NCBI GenBank assembly: GCA_963776275.1 | Contig: CAVZMI010000020.1 | Coordinates: 160,001 to 224,000 of the forward strand | Length of the DNA stretch: 64,000 bases | Source: Ignavibacteriota bacterium | GTDB lineage: Bacteria; Bacteroidota; Ignavibacteria; UBA10030; CAVZMI01 | Direction: 5' to 3' | Shown: piece by piece, positions 1 through 11,627 of the stretch | Layout: every line of letters begins with the position of its first letter | How positions within the stretch are numbered: position 1 is the first letter of the stretch | The notes under the pieces: generated by a model | Database searches by the model: none | Seen by the model: the letters and a program-made list of their open reading frames with translations, nothing else | Told to the model about the DNA's origin: nothing | Position numbers and translations under genes: made by a program

Positions 1-307
1 GTTCCGTGACATCGATTCTTTTATAGTGATTATAGACCGCCACAGCGAGTGTTTTCTTTGCATGTTCCTGTCCAATCACATACTCATCAAGCGCTTTTTT
101 TATTTCCTGCGGCTGAAGTCCGATACGTTTGACGCCTTTCTGTGCAGTAAAAGCGGCCGTACTGTTCTTGATAATATCTATGGAATGAGAGACGCAGACA
201 TCGCAGATGTACACACCCGGACCCGCGATGATACTTGTCGCCTCGTCGGGTTCGCGTCCGCAGAATGAACAGCGGATATTTTCCGGAGTTTTCGGTTTTT
301 CTGTCAT
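1..307 (-). CDS. clpX: ATP-dependent Clp protease ATPase ClpX, N-terminal part (runs off window edge)
   Basis: Manual translation from ATG at 307: [18 protein letters not shown]...[11 protein letters not shown]...[22 protein letters not shown] (C4 zinc finger); follows clpP. Confidence 0.95.
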   Translation of the reverse strand, partial: MTEKPKTPENIRCSFCGREPDEATSIIAGPGVYICDVCVSHSIDIIKNSTAAFTAQKGVKRIGLQPQEIKKALDEYVIGQEHAKKTLAVAVYNHYKRIDVTE

Positions 308-331
308 AATCGCTCTCTCCCGGCGATGTTT

Positions 332-952
332 TTATTTTTCTTTCTTCTCACCCTGTTTCTTCACCAGGATGTTGTCTATCAGTCCATATTCTTTTGCTTC
401 TTCTGAAGACATGTAATTGTCGCGATCGGTATCGATCTGAACTTGTTCAAATGATTTTCCGGTATGGAATGCGAGGATTTCATTCAAACGTGTCTTTGTC
501 TTCAATATTTCTTCCGCCTGGATTCTGATATCACTCGCAGTACCCTGTACTCCTCCCCACGGTTGATGTATCATGATGCGGGTGTTCGGAAGTGCTGCCC
601 GTTTCCCCTTCGTTCCACCCGCCAGCAGCACCGCACCCATACTGGCCGCCATACCGACGCATGTCGTGGCAACATCGGGTCGAACGAACTGCATCGTATC
701 ATAGATTGCCAGTCCGGCACTCACATTGCCTCCCGGAGAGTTGATGTATACCTGAACATCCTTCTCAGGATTTTCCGATGCAAGAAAGAGAAGCTGTGCG
801 ATGACCAGGCTGGCGACCACGTCGTCGATTTGTGTACCGATAAAAATAATACGCTCTTTCAGTAGACGCGAGTAAATATCGTAAGCCCGTTCACCGCGAC
901 CCGTTTGTTCAACAACGATGGGCACCAGTTGATTATAGATATCCGATTTCAT
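332..952 (-). CDS. clpP: ATP-dependent Clp protease proteolytic subunit
   Basis: [34 protein letters not shown] motifs. Confidence 0.98.
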   Translation of the reverse strand: MKSDIYNQLVPIVVEQTGRGERAYDIYSRLLKERIIFIGTQIDDVVASLVIAQLLFLASENPEKDVQVYINSPGGNVSAGLAIYDTMQFVRPDVATTCVGMAASMGAVLLAGGTKGKRAALPNTRIMIHQPWGGVQGTASDIRIQAEEILKTKTRLNEILAFHTGKSFEQVQIDTDRDNYMSSEEAKEYGLIDNILVKKQGEKKEK

Positions 953-966
953 GTCTATCCCCTTGA

Positions 967-2241
967 TTAAAATGAATCTGAAGTTTCCCTGACCGTAATC
1001 TTGGTATTCGAGACCAGAAGCTCGTTCAGCTTTTTCGAAAGAATGCGATCGATCCCCGATTTCGATTCTTTGTAGTATGTAATTAATCGTTCCTTTTCAA
1101 TGCCGATCTTCTTCGCCTCCGCCTCGGCAATCTCTTCATAGTCGCTATCGGCAACCGTCAGTTGTTCCTGTTCGATCATCCGTTCGCGGATAATCTGCCA
1201 TCGGGCATGCCAGACAGCGTACTCCCGGTTTTGTTTCCTGAACTCTTCTTCATTAAAATCGGGTGGCAATTTCTTGCCGGGCTGACGGTTCTTGAGGTCT
1301 TCCACAAACGAATCCTGAAACCCTTTGATGATACTCTCCGGGACATCGAATTCATGTGTTTTCACAAGCTCGTTTGCGATGGCATCCATAACCTTATTGT
1401 CGGAACGCTCTTTCCAGTACGACTCAATATCCTCGCGCAGTTTCCGCATGAATTCATCTGTTTTTTTGATTTTCTCTTTTGTGATTTTCTGCACGAACTC
1501 ATCGTTGAATTCCGGGAGTTCTACTTTCTCGATTTTCTTAACGAGAATATGTGTGTGATGATCATGTCTCTGATCATCATGCTGTGTAACATATTTTACC
1601 CGATGCTCACTTCCGACAGTGGCATCAATCAATGAATTTTTAATTTCCTTGACAAGCTCTTCCTGGGCAAGATAGAGACGTGCATCGCTCTGTTTTTGAC
1701 CGATAATCGGCGTTCCAGCTTCATCGAGATCCTGCAGATCGGCCGTCACGACAAATTCTTCATCTTCCACTTTCTCGGCTTCATGTCTTGTACTGTTGAT
1801 GCGCCGCAGCCGGAGAACCTCTTCCTGCAGTTCTGCATCGGTCATTGGATGGACGAGTTTTTCAATCTTGAGTCCTTTGTACCCATGAACTGTAATCTCC
1901 GGGAGAACATCATGCTTGATTTTAAAACGAAATGATTCTCCTCGTTTGTAATTCATATCTACCATCGTCGGATCGCCGATGGGTTTCAGGTTCTTTTCCT
2001 CAATGGCTTTTCGATAAAGCTCCGTTGCGATTGTATCGAGCGACTCATACTCAATCGTTTCACCATAGAACTTTTTGACCATATTCATGGGGGCTTTCCC
2101 CTTGCGGAAGCCCTTGATTTCTACTTTAGGACGATAACGTTCGTACGCTTTTTCAATATGCGGTATAAGTTCTTCAGCCGTAGCAGTGATTTCAATCTCC
2201 TGCGCGCAGCCGGGTACCGGTGTGATGGTAATTTCCAACAT
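967..2241 (-). CDS. tig: Trigger factor
   Basis: GFRKGKAP ribosome-binding motif; tig-clpP-clpX order. Confidence 0.96.
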   Translation of the reverse strand: MLEITITPVPGCAQEIEITATAEELIPHIEKAYERYRPKVEIKGFRKGKAPMNMVKKFYGETIEYESLDTIATELYRKAIEEKNLKPIGDPTMVDMNYKRGESFRFKIKHDVLPEITVHGYKGLKIEKLVHPMTDAELQEEVLRLRRINSTRHEAEKVEDEEFVVTADLQDLDEAGTPIIGQKQSDARLYLAQEELVKEIKNSLIDATVGSEHRVKYVTQHDDQRHDHHTHILVKKIEKVELPEFNDEFVQKITKEKIKKTDEFMRKLREDIESYWKERSDNKVMDAIANELVKTHEFDVPESIIKGFQDSFVEDLKNRQPGKKLPPDFNEEEFRKQNREYAVWHARWQIIRERMIEQEQLTVADSDYEEIAEAEAKKIGIEKERLITYYKESKSGIDRILSKKLNELLVSNTKITVRETSDSF

Positions 2242-2498
2242 GTACTCCTACTATGGGTTATGAAAGGTACGAAAAAGCGTCTAAAACAGCAAACCGATAA
2301 AAGAGCGCAGATTTTGCTGGATTTATCAGAAAATCTAATCTTTATCATCGGTGGGATAACGTCGCATCAACAACAGGTTAGAAAATAAAGGATGAAAATG
2401 AGATCGACAACATTATGAACTACGAAAATAACATGTGTTGGATTGAGATATGGGGCCTCGGGAACGAATCGAAAGAATTCTGGATATATTAATCAACC

Positions 2499-3827
2499 TT
2501 ACACCAGAGGATGTACACCGGCGGTATCGACCATCGCACGAATCATCGGCACCTGCGATGGGCGCTGTGAGCTGAAAACAATGGCACGTGCAAGACGTGA
2601 TTTTGTACGGGGGAGTACATCCATACGATCGGTATACAGAGTACAGACACTATCACCGATATCCACGGCATCACCGACTTTCCGATGGAAAACAATACCC
2701 GCTTTTGGGTCGATCTCATCATCCACTTTCATACGACCCGCCCCCAGCTCGACGGCAGTGAATCCTGTTTCAAGCGCATCGATTTTTGCAATAAATCCTG
2801 TCATTCCACTTTTAATGTCGACACTATGCGAGGCAATTGGATATTTCTCCGGTTCTTCAATGAAGGATATATCGCCCCCCTGTTTTTCCACCATACGAAG
2901 AAATTTCTTGAATGCCTCGCCGGAGACAATTGCTTTCTGGCATAACTCTCGCCCTTCTTCTATCGAGCGTGCCTTTCCACCCAGCATCAGCATGGTTCCC
3001 GCAAGCTGGTAGGTCACCGCCATCAAATCCGGAACCTCTTCTCCCCTGAGGCATTGAACCGCCTCGACAACCTCAAGCCAATTTCCGACAGTCCTACCGA
3101 GCGGTTGATTCATCTCGGTGATATACCCGATTGTTCGTTTTCCTGCATAGCTCGCGGTATTAACCAGTGTTTGAGCAAGCTCGGCCGCTCGTTCATAGCT
3201 TGACATAAACGCACCCCGCCCTGTTTTTATGTCGAATACAAGAGCATCTATTCCTTCGGCCAGTTTTTTACTAATGATGCTCGCCGCGATGAGAGGAATG
3301 GAATCAATTGTCGCTGTCACATCGCGCAGAGAGTACATGCGTTTATCGGCGGGGACGATTGCAGAAGTGGGACCAGCCATAACCAGTCCGATATCACGGA
3401 TAGTCTCCCTGTATTCTTCGACCGAAAGATTCGTACGCAACCCCGGGATGGATTCGAGTTTATCGAGAGTGCCGCCCGTATGACTGAGACCCCGCCCGCT
3501 CAACATCGGTACCGGAATACCACAGGCGGCAACTATAGGTGCAAGAATCAGAGATACTTTATCGCCCACTCCGCCCGTGGAATGTTTATCAACCTTGATG
3601 CCGGGAATATCCGAGAGATCAATTACAGCACCGGAATGAATCATCTCGTCGGTCAGCCATGCAGTCTCTTCAACCGACAATCCTTGAAAATAGATTGCCA
3701 TCAGAAGCGGAGTCATCTGATAGTCTGGGAGTTCATTTCTCACGAACCCATCGATGATAAAATGGATTTCATCGCGGGTGAAATTTCCTCCATCGCGCTT
3801 CTTGCGAATGAGTTCTCCGGGATTCAT
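2499..3827 (-). CDS. pdp: Thymidine/pyrimidine-nucleoside phosphorylase
   Basis: DKHSTGGVGDK, SGRGLSHTGGTLDKLESIPG motifs. Confidence 0.95.
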   Translation of the reverse strand: MNPGELIRKKRDGGNFTRDEIHFIIDGFVRNELPDYQMTPLLMAIYFQGLSVEETAWLTDEMIHSGAVIDLSDIPGIKVDKHSTGGVGDKVSLILAPIVAACGIPVPMLSGRGLSHTGGTLDKLESIPGLRTNLSVEEYRETIRDIGLVMAGPTSAIVPADKRMYSLRDVTATIDSIPLIAASIISKKLAEGIDALVFDIKTGRGAFMSSYERAAELAQTLVNTASYAGKRTIGYITEMNQPLGRTVGNWLEVVEAVQCLRGEEVPDLMAVTYQLAGTMLMLGGKARSIEEGRELCQKAIVSGEAFKKFLRMVEKQGGDISFIEEPEKYPIASHSVDIKSGMTGFIAKIDALETGFTAVELGAGRMKVDDEIDPKAGIVFHRKVGDAVDIGDSVCTLYTDRMDVLPRTKSRLARAIVFSSQRPSQVPMIRAMVDTAGVHPLV

Positions 3828-3856
3828 GGTAATGGCAGTGTTGTGGTCAATTGAGA

Positions 3857-4414
3857 CTATTGCTTATGGAGTATTCGTTCCGTCAGAAAAATACCACAGA
3901 TTGTCTTGCTATCGGTAATTTCTCCCTGCTCTATCATTTCGATCGTCTTGTGCAAAGGAATCTGATGAACTGTGAGTGTTTGTTCTCCTTCTTCAAGTTT
4001 TTGACCTTCAATATTTTTTGTGAGTCCGGTTGCCATATAAATATGTAAGATTTCGGTACAGAAACCGGGGGTTGTATGAATTTGCGCCAGCTTACGAACA
4101 CTGCCTGCACTATATCCTGTTTCTTCCTGAAACTCCCGACGGGCTGCGTCCAGCGGATTCTCTCCGGGATCGAGTTTCCCGGCAGGCAGTTCCCACAACC
4201 ATGCATCAACGGCAAAACGAAATTGACGAACAAGGAGAATGGTTTCATCGGGGAAAAGTCCGATAACCACAGCACCACCGGGATGCTGTGCCACTTCGCG
4301 CACACCTTTTGCGCCTGAATCGTATTCAATATTGTCGACTATAACATTGAAAACTCTCCCGTGATAAATATCTTCATGAGAGAGTATTTTATAATTTTTC
4401 GGTTCGGTTTTCAT
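3857..4414 (-). CDS. nudF: NUDIX hydrolase, ADP-ribose pyrophosphatase-like
   Basis: Nudix box ELPAGKLDPGENPLDAARREFQEETG; HPGGAVV; TPGFCTE. Confidence 0.88.
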   Translation of the reverse strand: MKTEPKNYKILSHEDIYHGRVFNVIVDNIEYDSGAKGVREVAQHPGGAVVIGLFPDETILLVRQFRFAVDAWLWELPAGKLDPGENPLDAARREFQEETGYSAGSVRKLAQIHTTPGFCTEILHIYMATGLTKNIEGQKLEEGEQTLTVHQIPLHKTIEMIEQGEITDSKTICGIFLTERILHKQ

Positions 4415-4419
4415 ATCAA

Positions 4420-5007
4420 TTATGGCTGATTTCCCCTGCTTCCGGGTTTCATGATCGGCATTCCCTTTGCACAGAGCGGACAGTCCGCCGGTTGATAAGT
4501 GATGACATCCATCGTGAGAATAGAATATGATTTGCTCGAGAACTTCACTTTCCCGCCGCTCCTGTCCACAATATAACCTACCCCGATGACTTTCCCCTCT
4601 GCTTTCTGAACAATATCAATTGTCTCAAACACCGATCCACCTGTCGTGACAACATCTTCACATACCAGGACTCGTTCTCCGGGAGCAATCATGAAACCGC
4701 GACGGAGCTGGAGTACGCTGTCTTTCCGCTCTGCAAAGACCGTACGGCAGTCAAGCATACGACCGACCTCTGTCGCCACCACGATGCCCCCCATCGCCGG
4801 AGCAATGACCAGCTCGATTTCGCTGTACTCGAAATGCTTCACAATCTCACCGGCAAAAAGATGGAGATATCGGGGATACTGGAGAACTTTAGCGCATTGA
4901 AAATAATTCGGACTGTGAAGACCGGACGTGAGTTGAAAATGTCCTTCCAGAAACGCATCGGTATCCCGGAAGATTTGCAGTACTTCTTCTTGTGGAAGTT
5001 TTCCCAT
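4420..5007 (-). CDS. pyrE: Orotate phosphoribosyltransferase
   Basis: GHFQLTSGLHS, PRPP motif VLVCEDVVTTGGS, C-terminal CPLC. Confidence 0.95.
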   Translation of the reverse strand: MGKLPQEEVLQIFRDTDAFLEGHFQLTSGLHSPNYFQCAKVLQYPRYLHLFAGEIVKHFEYSEIELVIAPAMGGIVVATEVGRMLDCRTVFAERKDSVLQLRRGFMIAPGERVLVCEDVVTTGGSVFETIDIVQKAEGKVIGVGYIVDRSGGKVKFSSKSYSILTMDVITYQPADCPLCAKGMPIMKPGSRGNQP

Positions 5008-5052
5008 ACGATGTCGAGTTTAATAATTATTGGGAATATCGGATTAGCAGTA

Positions 5053-5328
5053 TTAAAGTTTCTCGATTTCACGCGCCAGAGTCAGGTCTTTTTCCGTCAC
5101 ACCGCCATCGCTGTGAGTCGAGAGTGTGATTGTTACCATGTTCCACCGAATATCGATGTCCGGATGGTGATTTGCCTTTTCGGCCAGCAGTGCGACCGAG
5201 GTGACGAATCCCATTGCCTCGATAAAGCCTTTGTGCTTAAACTCTTTCTGGATTTTTTTACCTATGAGTCTCCAGCCTTTGAGATTTTCCAGTTCGATTT
5301 TAATAGCTCTCTGCGACATCAATGCCAT
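5053..5328 (-). CDS. phhB: Pterin-4-alpha-carbinolamine dehydratase
   Basis: AEKANHHPDI...LSTHSDGGVTEKD signature. Confidence 0.93.
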   Translation of the reverse strand: MALMSQRAIKIELENLKGWRLIGKKIQKEFKHKGFIEAMGFVTSVALLAEKANHHPDIDIRWNMVTITLSTHSDGGVTEKDLTLAREIEKL

Positions 5329-6346
5329 GTTGATTCATTCTTTCAGAAATTTTCGATCGGCATCCCTTAAATGGTTTGACACGGTTGGTAAAATCCGGTC
5401 GGTAGTATTTATGACTATCGAAATCTTGTATCCAGCCGTTTGTGAAGTTATACTTTTCAAGATAATACAATACACGATTGTATTCACTCTCTCGAATGCG
5501 GCGATTTAGTAATTCCGTCGTTTGCGCTTCATGAGTGGGATAATATTGCGCCATAATGCTCATTGTCACTTCCGGGCTGAGCGCAGTGCCGATCCATTCA
5601 AGCGTCTCTTTACTGCGTGCAATATCATTGGGGAGGACGAGGTGACGGATAATCAATCCACGCCGGACAACTCCATCATCATCGACGGTCAATCCGTTAC
5701 CGACCTGACGATGCATTTCGGCAATCGCTGCGCGGGCATGCGGGACATACTCTTTTATTTTCGAATATTTGTAAGCATCCTCGTCAGCACCATATTTCAG
5801 ATCGGGCAGATAGATATCGATAATACCTTCAAGCAAACGGAGGACTTCGACGGAGTCGTAAGCGTTGGTGTTGTAGATAAGCGGGAGCATCAGTCCCATC
5901 GGAATCGCGAGCATCAACGCTTTTACAATCTGCGGTATGAAATGCGTCGGCGAGACAAAACCGATAGAATGTACCTGTTTTTCCTGAAGTTCGATCATGA
6001 TACGGGCGAGAAGATCGATGGGAACTTCATGATTCCGTTCTACACGCCAGTTCTGACTGATCAGGTGGTTTTGGCAATAGAGACAGCGCATGTTACAATT
6101 CCCGAAGAAAATATTCCCTACACCATTCCTACCACCAAGCGCAGGCTCTTCTCCAAAATGAAGACAATAGGAAGAGACGATAGGCAGAAAACCCGAGTGG
6201 CAGGCGGCAATTTCGTTTTTGATACGGTCGTTTCCGCAATTGCGGGGACAGAGCGTGCAGGGTGCAAGCATAGCTTCAAGCCGTTCGACCCGCCGCTGAA
6301 GTTCCCCTTCTTCATACAATCGTATATAGGATGGAATGAACGTCAC
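5300..6346 (-). CDS. Radical SAM protein, PflX-like
   Basis: CTLCPRNC, HFGEEP, CNMRCLYCQN (CxxxCxxC), DIYLPDLKY, RHLVLP. Confidence 0.88.
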   Translation of the reverse strand: MTFIPSYIRLYEEGELQRRVERLEAMLAPCTLCPRNCGNDRIKNEIAACHSGFLPIVSSYCLHFGEEPALGGRNGVGNIFFGNCNMRCLYCQNHLISQNWRVERNHEVPIDLLARIMIELQEKQVHSIGFVSPTHFIPQIVKALMLAIPMGLMLPLIYNTNAYDSVEVLRLLEGIIDIYLPDLKYGADEDAYKYSKIKEYVPHARAAIAEMHRQVGNGLTVDDDGVVRRGLIIRHLVLPNDIARSKETLEWIGTALSPEVTMSIMAQYYPTHEAQTTELLNRRIRESEYNRVLYYLEKYNFTNGWIQDFDSHKYYRPDFTNRVKPFKGCRSKISERMNQHGIDVAESY

Positions 6347-6494
6347 TGTTTATCGATAGATGATATATAACAATATACGAAAACGATACTTTGGATGCCA
6401 GAAGATGAGGTTTGATCTTACCCAAATATTTCTAGTTTATGAATATTAGGAGATTAAATTCGCGATTGTATGGAACGACATGCCATCAGAAAAC

Positions 6495-7311
6495 CTATCG
6501 CTCAAAGCCTCCAACCTTGTGAATCCGGCCGAGACGCTGACCAAGGAAACGTTCACCGACCTCAAGAAATTTATGGGGAATATCGCTTACGTGAAACTGG
6601 ATGTTCGGACGTTGTGTGCTCGGATTTTTAAGATCGCGTAAGGTAAGAATTTCTTCAACAATCCCGCCTGTCGCCTCTCCGGAATCTATCAGCGTTATCG
6701 CTCCGCGCAATACTTTTTCAATCGTATCCCGTAGGATCGGATAATGTGTGCATCCCAGAACAAGCGTATCGATGCTTTGTGTCGTCAGGGGGAAGAGATA
6801 TTCTTTTGCGATTAATTCCGTTGCTGCGTGGTGGGTCTGATCCTTCTTCAGCAAGCGGTACAAAAAGCGGACACGCCTGGCTGAAGACTTCTATGGTCGG
6901 ATCAATTTGATAAATAGCGCTTTTATAAATATTACTTGCAATAGTTCCCAGTGTGCCGATCACGCCGACCCGTTTTTTCTTGGTTTCTTTGACAGCGGCA
7001 GCCGCACCGGGAGCAATCACTCCGACGACAGGAATCGAGCCCGCACGTTTTTGAACAACATCAAGCGCCACGGCTGAGACCGTATTGCATGCAACCACAA
7101 TCATTTTCACATCGTTTGAGAGGATAAATTCTGTATCTTGCAGCGCGTACTCGCGCACAACCTGGGCCGATTTCGGGCCATACGGTACACGGGCGGTATC
7201 GCCGAAGTACACGATGTTTTCATTCGGAAACTGCCGCATAAGGGCGCGGACAACTGTCAATCCGCCGATACCCGAATCGAAAACACCGATGGGTTTTTCG
7301 TTCGCTGTCAT
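6495..7311 (-). CDS. murI: Glutamate racemase, split by one frameshift near 6835 (probable sequencing error)
   Basis: FDSGIGGL and ACNT in ORF 6718..7311; LGCTHYP in ORF 6495..6863. Confidence 0.93.
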
Positions 7312-9969
7312 TTTAATTCAACATTTTTAAATGTGAGGATTGTTTTGAGAATAGCCTCCCGGATTTCAGTTTTTCGTCCTTCCGCCACCGGCGCACCGGA
7401 TCTGTCGACAACATAAAATGAATCAACAATACCGTCGCCGCGCGTCGCAATTTTTGCAAAAGTAATATTGAGGTTTTGTTCAGAGATCGTCTGTGTCACC
7501 CGATACAGGAATCCCAGCGCATCGGCTGCAAACACATCGATAATCGTAAAGCGAGGATCATCCTCAAATTCTACATCAAAGCGTATTACAGGACTTAGAT
7601 ATCCCCTGGTGCGACGTTTCCATTTACGCCGGTGATGTTCAAAGAGATGTTCAATATCAATCCGGCCTTCGATAACGGCATTGAGTTCATCATGGATCTT
7701 CTGGCAGACATCTTCTGTAAGATGCTGCTTTGTCATTGCATCGGTGACGCGAAATTTATCGATAATGATAGCGTCGGTCCGCGTAAAAATGTTCGCATCA
7801 AAAATATTTGCATCGTTGGCCGAGAGAACGCCGCAGAACTTCGAGAGGGCAAACGGCGCGTCAGTGGAAATAATCGTGACTTCCGTATATCCTTCACGTG
7901 TGCGAAAAAGAGTAGAGACGGTTTCATTATCACCGATTTTTGATATATGGAAAGCTATTTCTTCTTCATCGAAGGTACCGACGTATTGTGGACTATCGAT
8001 TTTCTGAAAATGTTCCTCTACGATTTCACGAGAATGTATACCGTTGAGTTTTGTCACAACCACCTCGACGGCCTCCCGATACCGATCGAGGTGAAGTGCA
8101 CGAAACTCTTCCTGTTTCAAACCGGCGCCTATTATCTCCTTCGCCTGCAGATATAATTCCTGAAGAAGCACGGCCTTCCAATTTGTCCATGTCGTCGGAT
8201 TTACTGCAGAAAGATCGGCATAGGTAATAAGGTACAGGCGATCGAGCTGGAAGGTGAAGGTAAATATTTCGGCAAATTCAGCTACCGTCTCGACATCGTG
8301 TATATTCCGCCGAAAACTTACCTGCTCCATTAAAAGGTGATTCTTGATAAGGAAAGTAACATCTTCAATATAATCTTCTAATCGCAGCCGTGTAAGAATC
8401 GACACGGCCATCGTTGCACCGATCACTTCGTGGTCATCGATTTGAACAGGTTTTGCGATGTCGTGGAGCAATAGTGTCATGAATAAAATACCTCGCTTTT
8501 TTCGGGCACGATAGAGATCTCCCAAGACACTTTCATCTCCTTCCAGGGCCTCGAACCGTTGAAGTGTGATAAGCGTATGCTCATCGGCTGTGTAATAATG
8601 ATAGCGACTGTGCTGGTAAAACGCGACAAGCGCTTCGAATTCCGAAATGAATCGGCTGAGCACAGTGAGGTCGGCCATTTCATATAACACATTTGCCACA
8701 TGCGAAGCTGATTCGATGATCGAACGAAAGATAAGGAGCGGTTTTTCGGAAAAAACCTCGGTATCCGGAACACGCACGGCGTTTTTATGAATTGCCGTTC
8801 GCAGCCTCTGACTGAGCCTCGGGCACCTCATGGCTCTGCATAAGACTAAAAGCTTCCATGGATGTCTCTAATGAGAATCCGTTCTCAACAGCCGCTGAAG
8901 TAATATCTAGCATGTCGCCACGAATGAGAAACCGGTCATCTATGATTTTCTTTTCGTCCTTTTTAATGCCGGGGGGCAATCGAAGTCGATACTTCTCGCG
9001 GAGCTGCCCGGTGAGTATCTGATTTAACCGCAATAGTGTCTTCGCGCTCAGATAATATTCCTGCATGAATCGTTCGACAGCCTGCCGGCTGCCGGAAGAT
9101 TCGAAGCCGAGCCCGTCGGCAATGACGCTTTGCAGCGAGTAATCAAGCGAGTCATGAAGCGTCTTTCGAAGAAAATGAACTTCGTTCCGTGTACGAAGCA
9201 GAAAGTTGAGCGCTGTAATCGCAGTATCGGACTGTATGAAATCCAATTCACCTTCTCGGGTGAGGAGCTCGAGCATTTCAACACATGCCGAGCGATGTTG
9301 TCCGGGTGTTGTCTCGCAATATCGGACATCCGAAGATCGATAGAGCCAGAGAATTGCATGAACATCGCGGAGTCCGCCTGCGCTTTTCTTAATATTCGGT
9401 TCAAGGAGTTTTGCCGAATTGCCGTATTTTGCGTGACGTGCGGTAAGTTCCTCGAGCACACGGTCGATAAAAAAATTGTCGGCCAGCTGCGCAACGGTTT
9501 CCGAACGGCGCCGGAAAAAGTCCGAGGCGATATCGTGATTTCCGCAGAGAAAGCGCGCTTCGAGAATCGAAGCCCAGTTCTCGACTTCGGTGGTTGAAAA
9601 ATGCATGCATTCGTCAATCGACCGTACACTGTGCCCGACATCCAATCCGCAATCCCAGAATGAGTGAAGAAGCTCCTTTACGGCAGGTTTGAGTTTTTCT
9701 TCATGTTTATTCTCATCGTGAACGAGCATGATATCAACGTCCGATTTCGGGCAGAGCTCTGTTCGTCCATATCCCCCTAACGCAAAGAGCGCAATTCCGG
9801 AGAGCGCATCGTTCACCGAAGCGCCGGCTAACGATATGATGACCTCATCCATCATAACGGCGAGGGCGGTGCATACGGTAAATCCGTCGGCGCCATTACG
9901 ATGCAATTGATATACGGCATCGCGCCGGGATGCAAGAACCTGCCGCTGTTCCTGGATTATTGTTTTCAT
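7308..9969 (-). CDS. glnD: Bifunctional [protein-PII] uridylyltransferase/uridylyl-removing enzyme, split by a frameshift near 8824
   Basis: GGYGR..SDVD nucleotidyltransferase motif and LEPNIKKSAGGLRD in the upstream ORF; HD (LLHDIAK) and two ACT domains in ORF 7308..8831; start taken at MKTII (9969). Confidence 0.92.
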
Positions 9970-10059
9970 AAAGAAAATATATGAAAGCGGCAGACAAGTT
10001 ACAACTTTAATACTTTGAAGATAGCTAAAAAAATAATACGATATTATTGTCCGCACCAC

Positions 10060-10088
10060 TTGACAAGACGACAAAAATGTCGTATATT
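10060..10088 (+). promoter_or_regulatory. sigma70 promoter of the DUF72 gene with a palindromic operator in the spacer
   Basis: TTGACA(10060-65)-N17-TATATT(10083-88); ACGACA-AAAA-TGTCGT at 10068-10083. Confidence 0.75.
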
Positions 10089-10137
10089 CTATTGTAGGCC
10101 ATAGCCACACGAATTGCAGTATTTACCGGAGTCTATT

Positions 10138-11067
10138 ATGGGTTTACCGGCACGCATCAGCATCGGCATGGGGGCATGGGATATCGAGCCGTATAAATAT
10201 CTGTTTTATCCTGCCGCACGCGAGAAGCACTTCCGGCTGCTGGAGTTTTATAGCCGATTTTTCGACAGCGTCGAAGTAAATGCCACATTCTATAATGCGG
10301 CATTTACACCGTTCCACGCCAAGCAATGGCTTGACGATGTGGCCTGTCAGCCCGATTTTGTATTTCTCGTTAAGCTGTATCGCGGTCTGACACACACGTT
10401 CGATGCCACCGCGGCCGACATCCTCGGCATCAATGCATTTCTTGCGCCACTGGAAGAAGCCGGCAAGCTTGGTGGACTTCTTCTGCAATTCCCATTCCGG
10501 TTCACGAACCGGCTGGAACACCGGCGGTATATCGTTTTGCTTAGCCGTATATTTCGTCATCATCGAGTATTTATCGAATTGCGGCATGATTCATGGCACA
10601 ACCGCGCAATGGTGGAGTTTTTCGAAGAACACGGACTTTACCCGGTCAATGTCGATCTTCCGCAGCTACCGCATTTTATGCCGTTGACCGCGATTTCATA
10701 CAAGGGATACGCCTATTTCCGGATGATGGGCCGAAATGCCGCCGCATGGAATCACCCCGAACTGGAGAATCGATATACGTACAGCTACAGCCAGGAAGAA
10801 CTTGACGATCTTCTCCGGAAGATCAGCATAATATTAAAAACGGCACGCCGTGTCTATGTGGTATTTCATAATGATGCGAAAGGACATTCGTTGCTCAACG
10901 GCTTCACACTGCGTCATTTGCTCAATCGACACAACATTGTCGTCCCGGACCGCACCGCGCACACATTTCCGGAACTCACGGGAATCGGCTCTGTCGCCTC
11001 TGCGCCGGTGCCGCTGTTCGATGAAAAAGTTTCGCTTCACTTTCAATCAATCAATTCATCACCCTAA
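10138..11067 (+). CDS. DUF72 (YecE-like TIM-barrel) protein
   Basis: YSRFFDSVEVNATFY, LLQFP, ELRHDSW, YFRMMGRN, Y.YS.EEL motifs; GGAG 6 nt before ATG 10138. Confidence 0.9.
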   Translation: MGLPARISIGMGAWDIEPYKYLFYPAAREKHFRLLEFYSRFFDSVEVNATFYNAAFTPFHAKQWLDDVACQPDFVFLVKLYRGLTHTFDATAADILGINAFLAPLEEAGKLGGLLLQFPFRFTNRLEHRRYIVLLSRIFRHHRVFIELRHDSWHNRAMVEFFEEHGLYPVNVDLPQLPHFMPLTAISYKGYAYFRMMGRNAAAWNHPELENRYTYSYSQEELDDLLRKISIILKTARRVYVVFHNDAKGHSLLNGFTLRHLLNRHNIVVPDRTAHTFPELTGIGSVASAPVPLFDEKVSLHFQSINSSP

Positions 11068-11077
11068 TTCAGGAGAC

Positions 11078-11581
11078 ATGATGACACACTCACTCACAGA
11101 ATTTTTTACCGACTGGAAAAATGAAAGTTCCTCAACATTGAAAATCTTCAACGCCCTGACAGACGCATCGCTTACGCAGAAAGTAACGCCCGACGGGCGC
11201 TCGCTCGGATTCCTGGCATGGCATATTATCCTGACGCTCGGAGAAATGGCCGGACAGTGCGGCCTGACCATCGACGCACCTGCCGAATCGAAGGCTGTAC
11301 CAAATAAGGCATCCGAGCTTACAGCGGCATACGAAAAAGCTTCGGCGTCGCTGGTCAGTAAAGTGCAATCACAATGGACCGACGCGATGTTGAACGACGA
11401 ACTCGACATGTACGGCGAAAAATGGAAACGCGGCGCCGTGCTCGACAGCATTATCCGCCACGAAATTCATCATCGTGCACAAATGACGGTATTAATGCGT
11501 CAGGCGGGAGTGAAAGTCCCGGGCGTGTACGGTCCGGCCCGTGAGGAATGGGCAAAAATGGGCATGAAGCCGATGGCATGA
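11078..11581 (+). CDS. DinB/YfiT superfamily four-helix protein (not Pol IV)
   Basis: RSLGFLAWHII...HEIHHRAQMTVLMRQAGVKVPGVYGP; AGGAG RBS. Confidence 0.9.
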   Translation: MMTHSLTEFFTDWKNESSSTLKIFNALTDASLTQKVTPDGRSLGFLAWHIILTLGEMAGQCGLTIDAPAESKAVPNKASELTAAYEKASASLVSKVQSQWTDAMLNDELDMYGEKWKRGAVLDSIIRHEIHHRAQMTVLMRQAGVKVPGVYGPAREEWAKMGMKPMA

Positions 11582-11627
11582 GAAACATCGCGGAGAGGGC
11601 GAGGTGAAAAGCTTTTTTGCTTCATGA

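Noticed and set aside
2242-2498. tRNA upstream of tig
   Set aside because: No cloverleaf or T-loop GTTCRA signature visible
5522-6370. 282-aa + strand ORF
   Set aside because: Antisense shadow of the radical SAM gene with no recognisable motifs
11078-11581. DNA polymerase IV (dinB)
   Set aside because: Only ~167 aa with a His-triad helical motif; this is the unrelated DinB/YfiT superfamily
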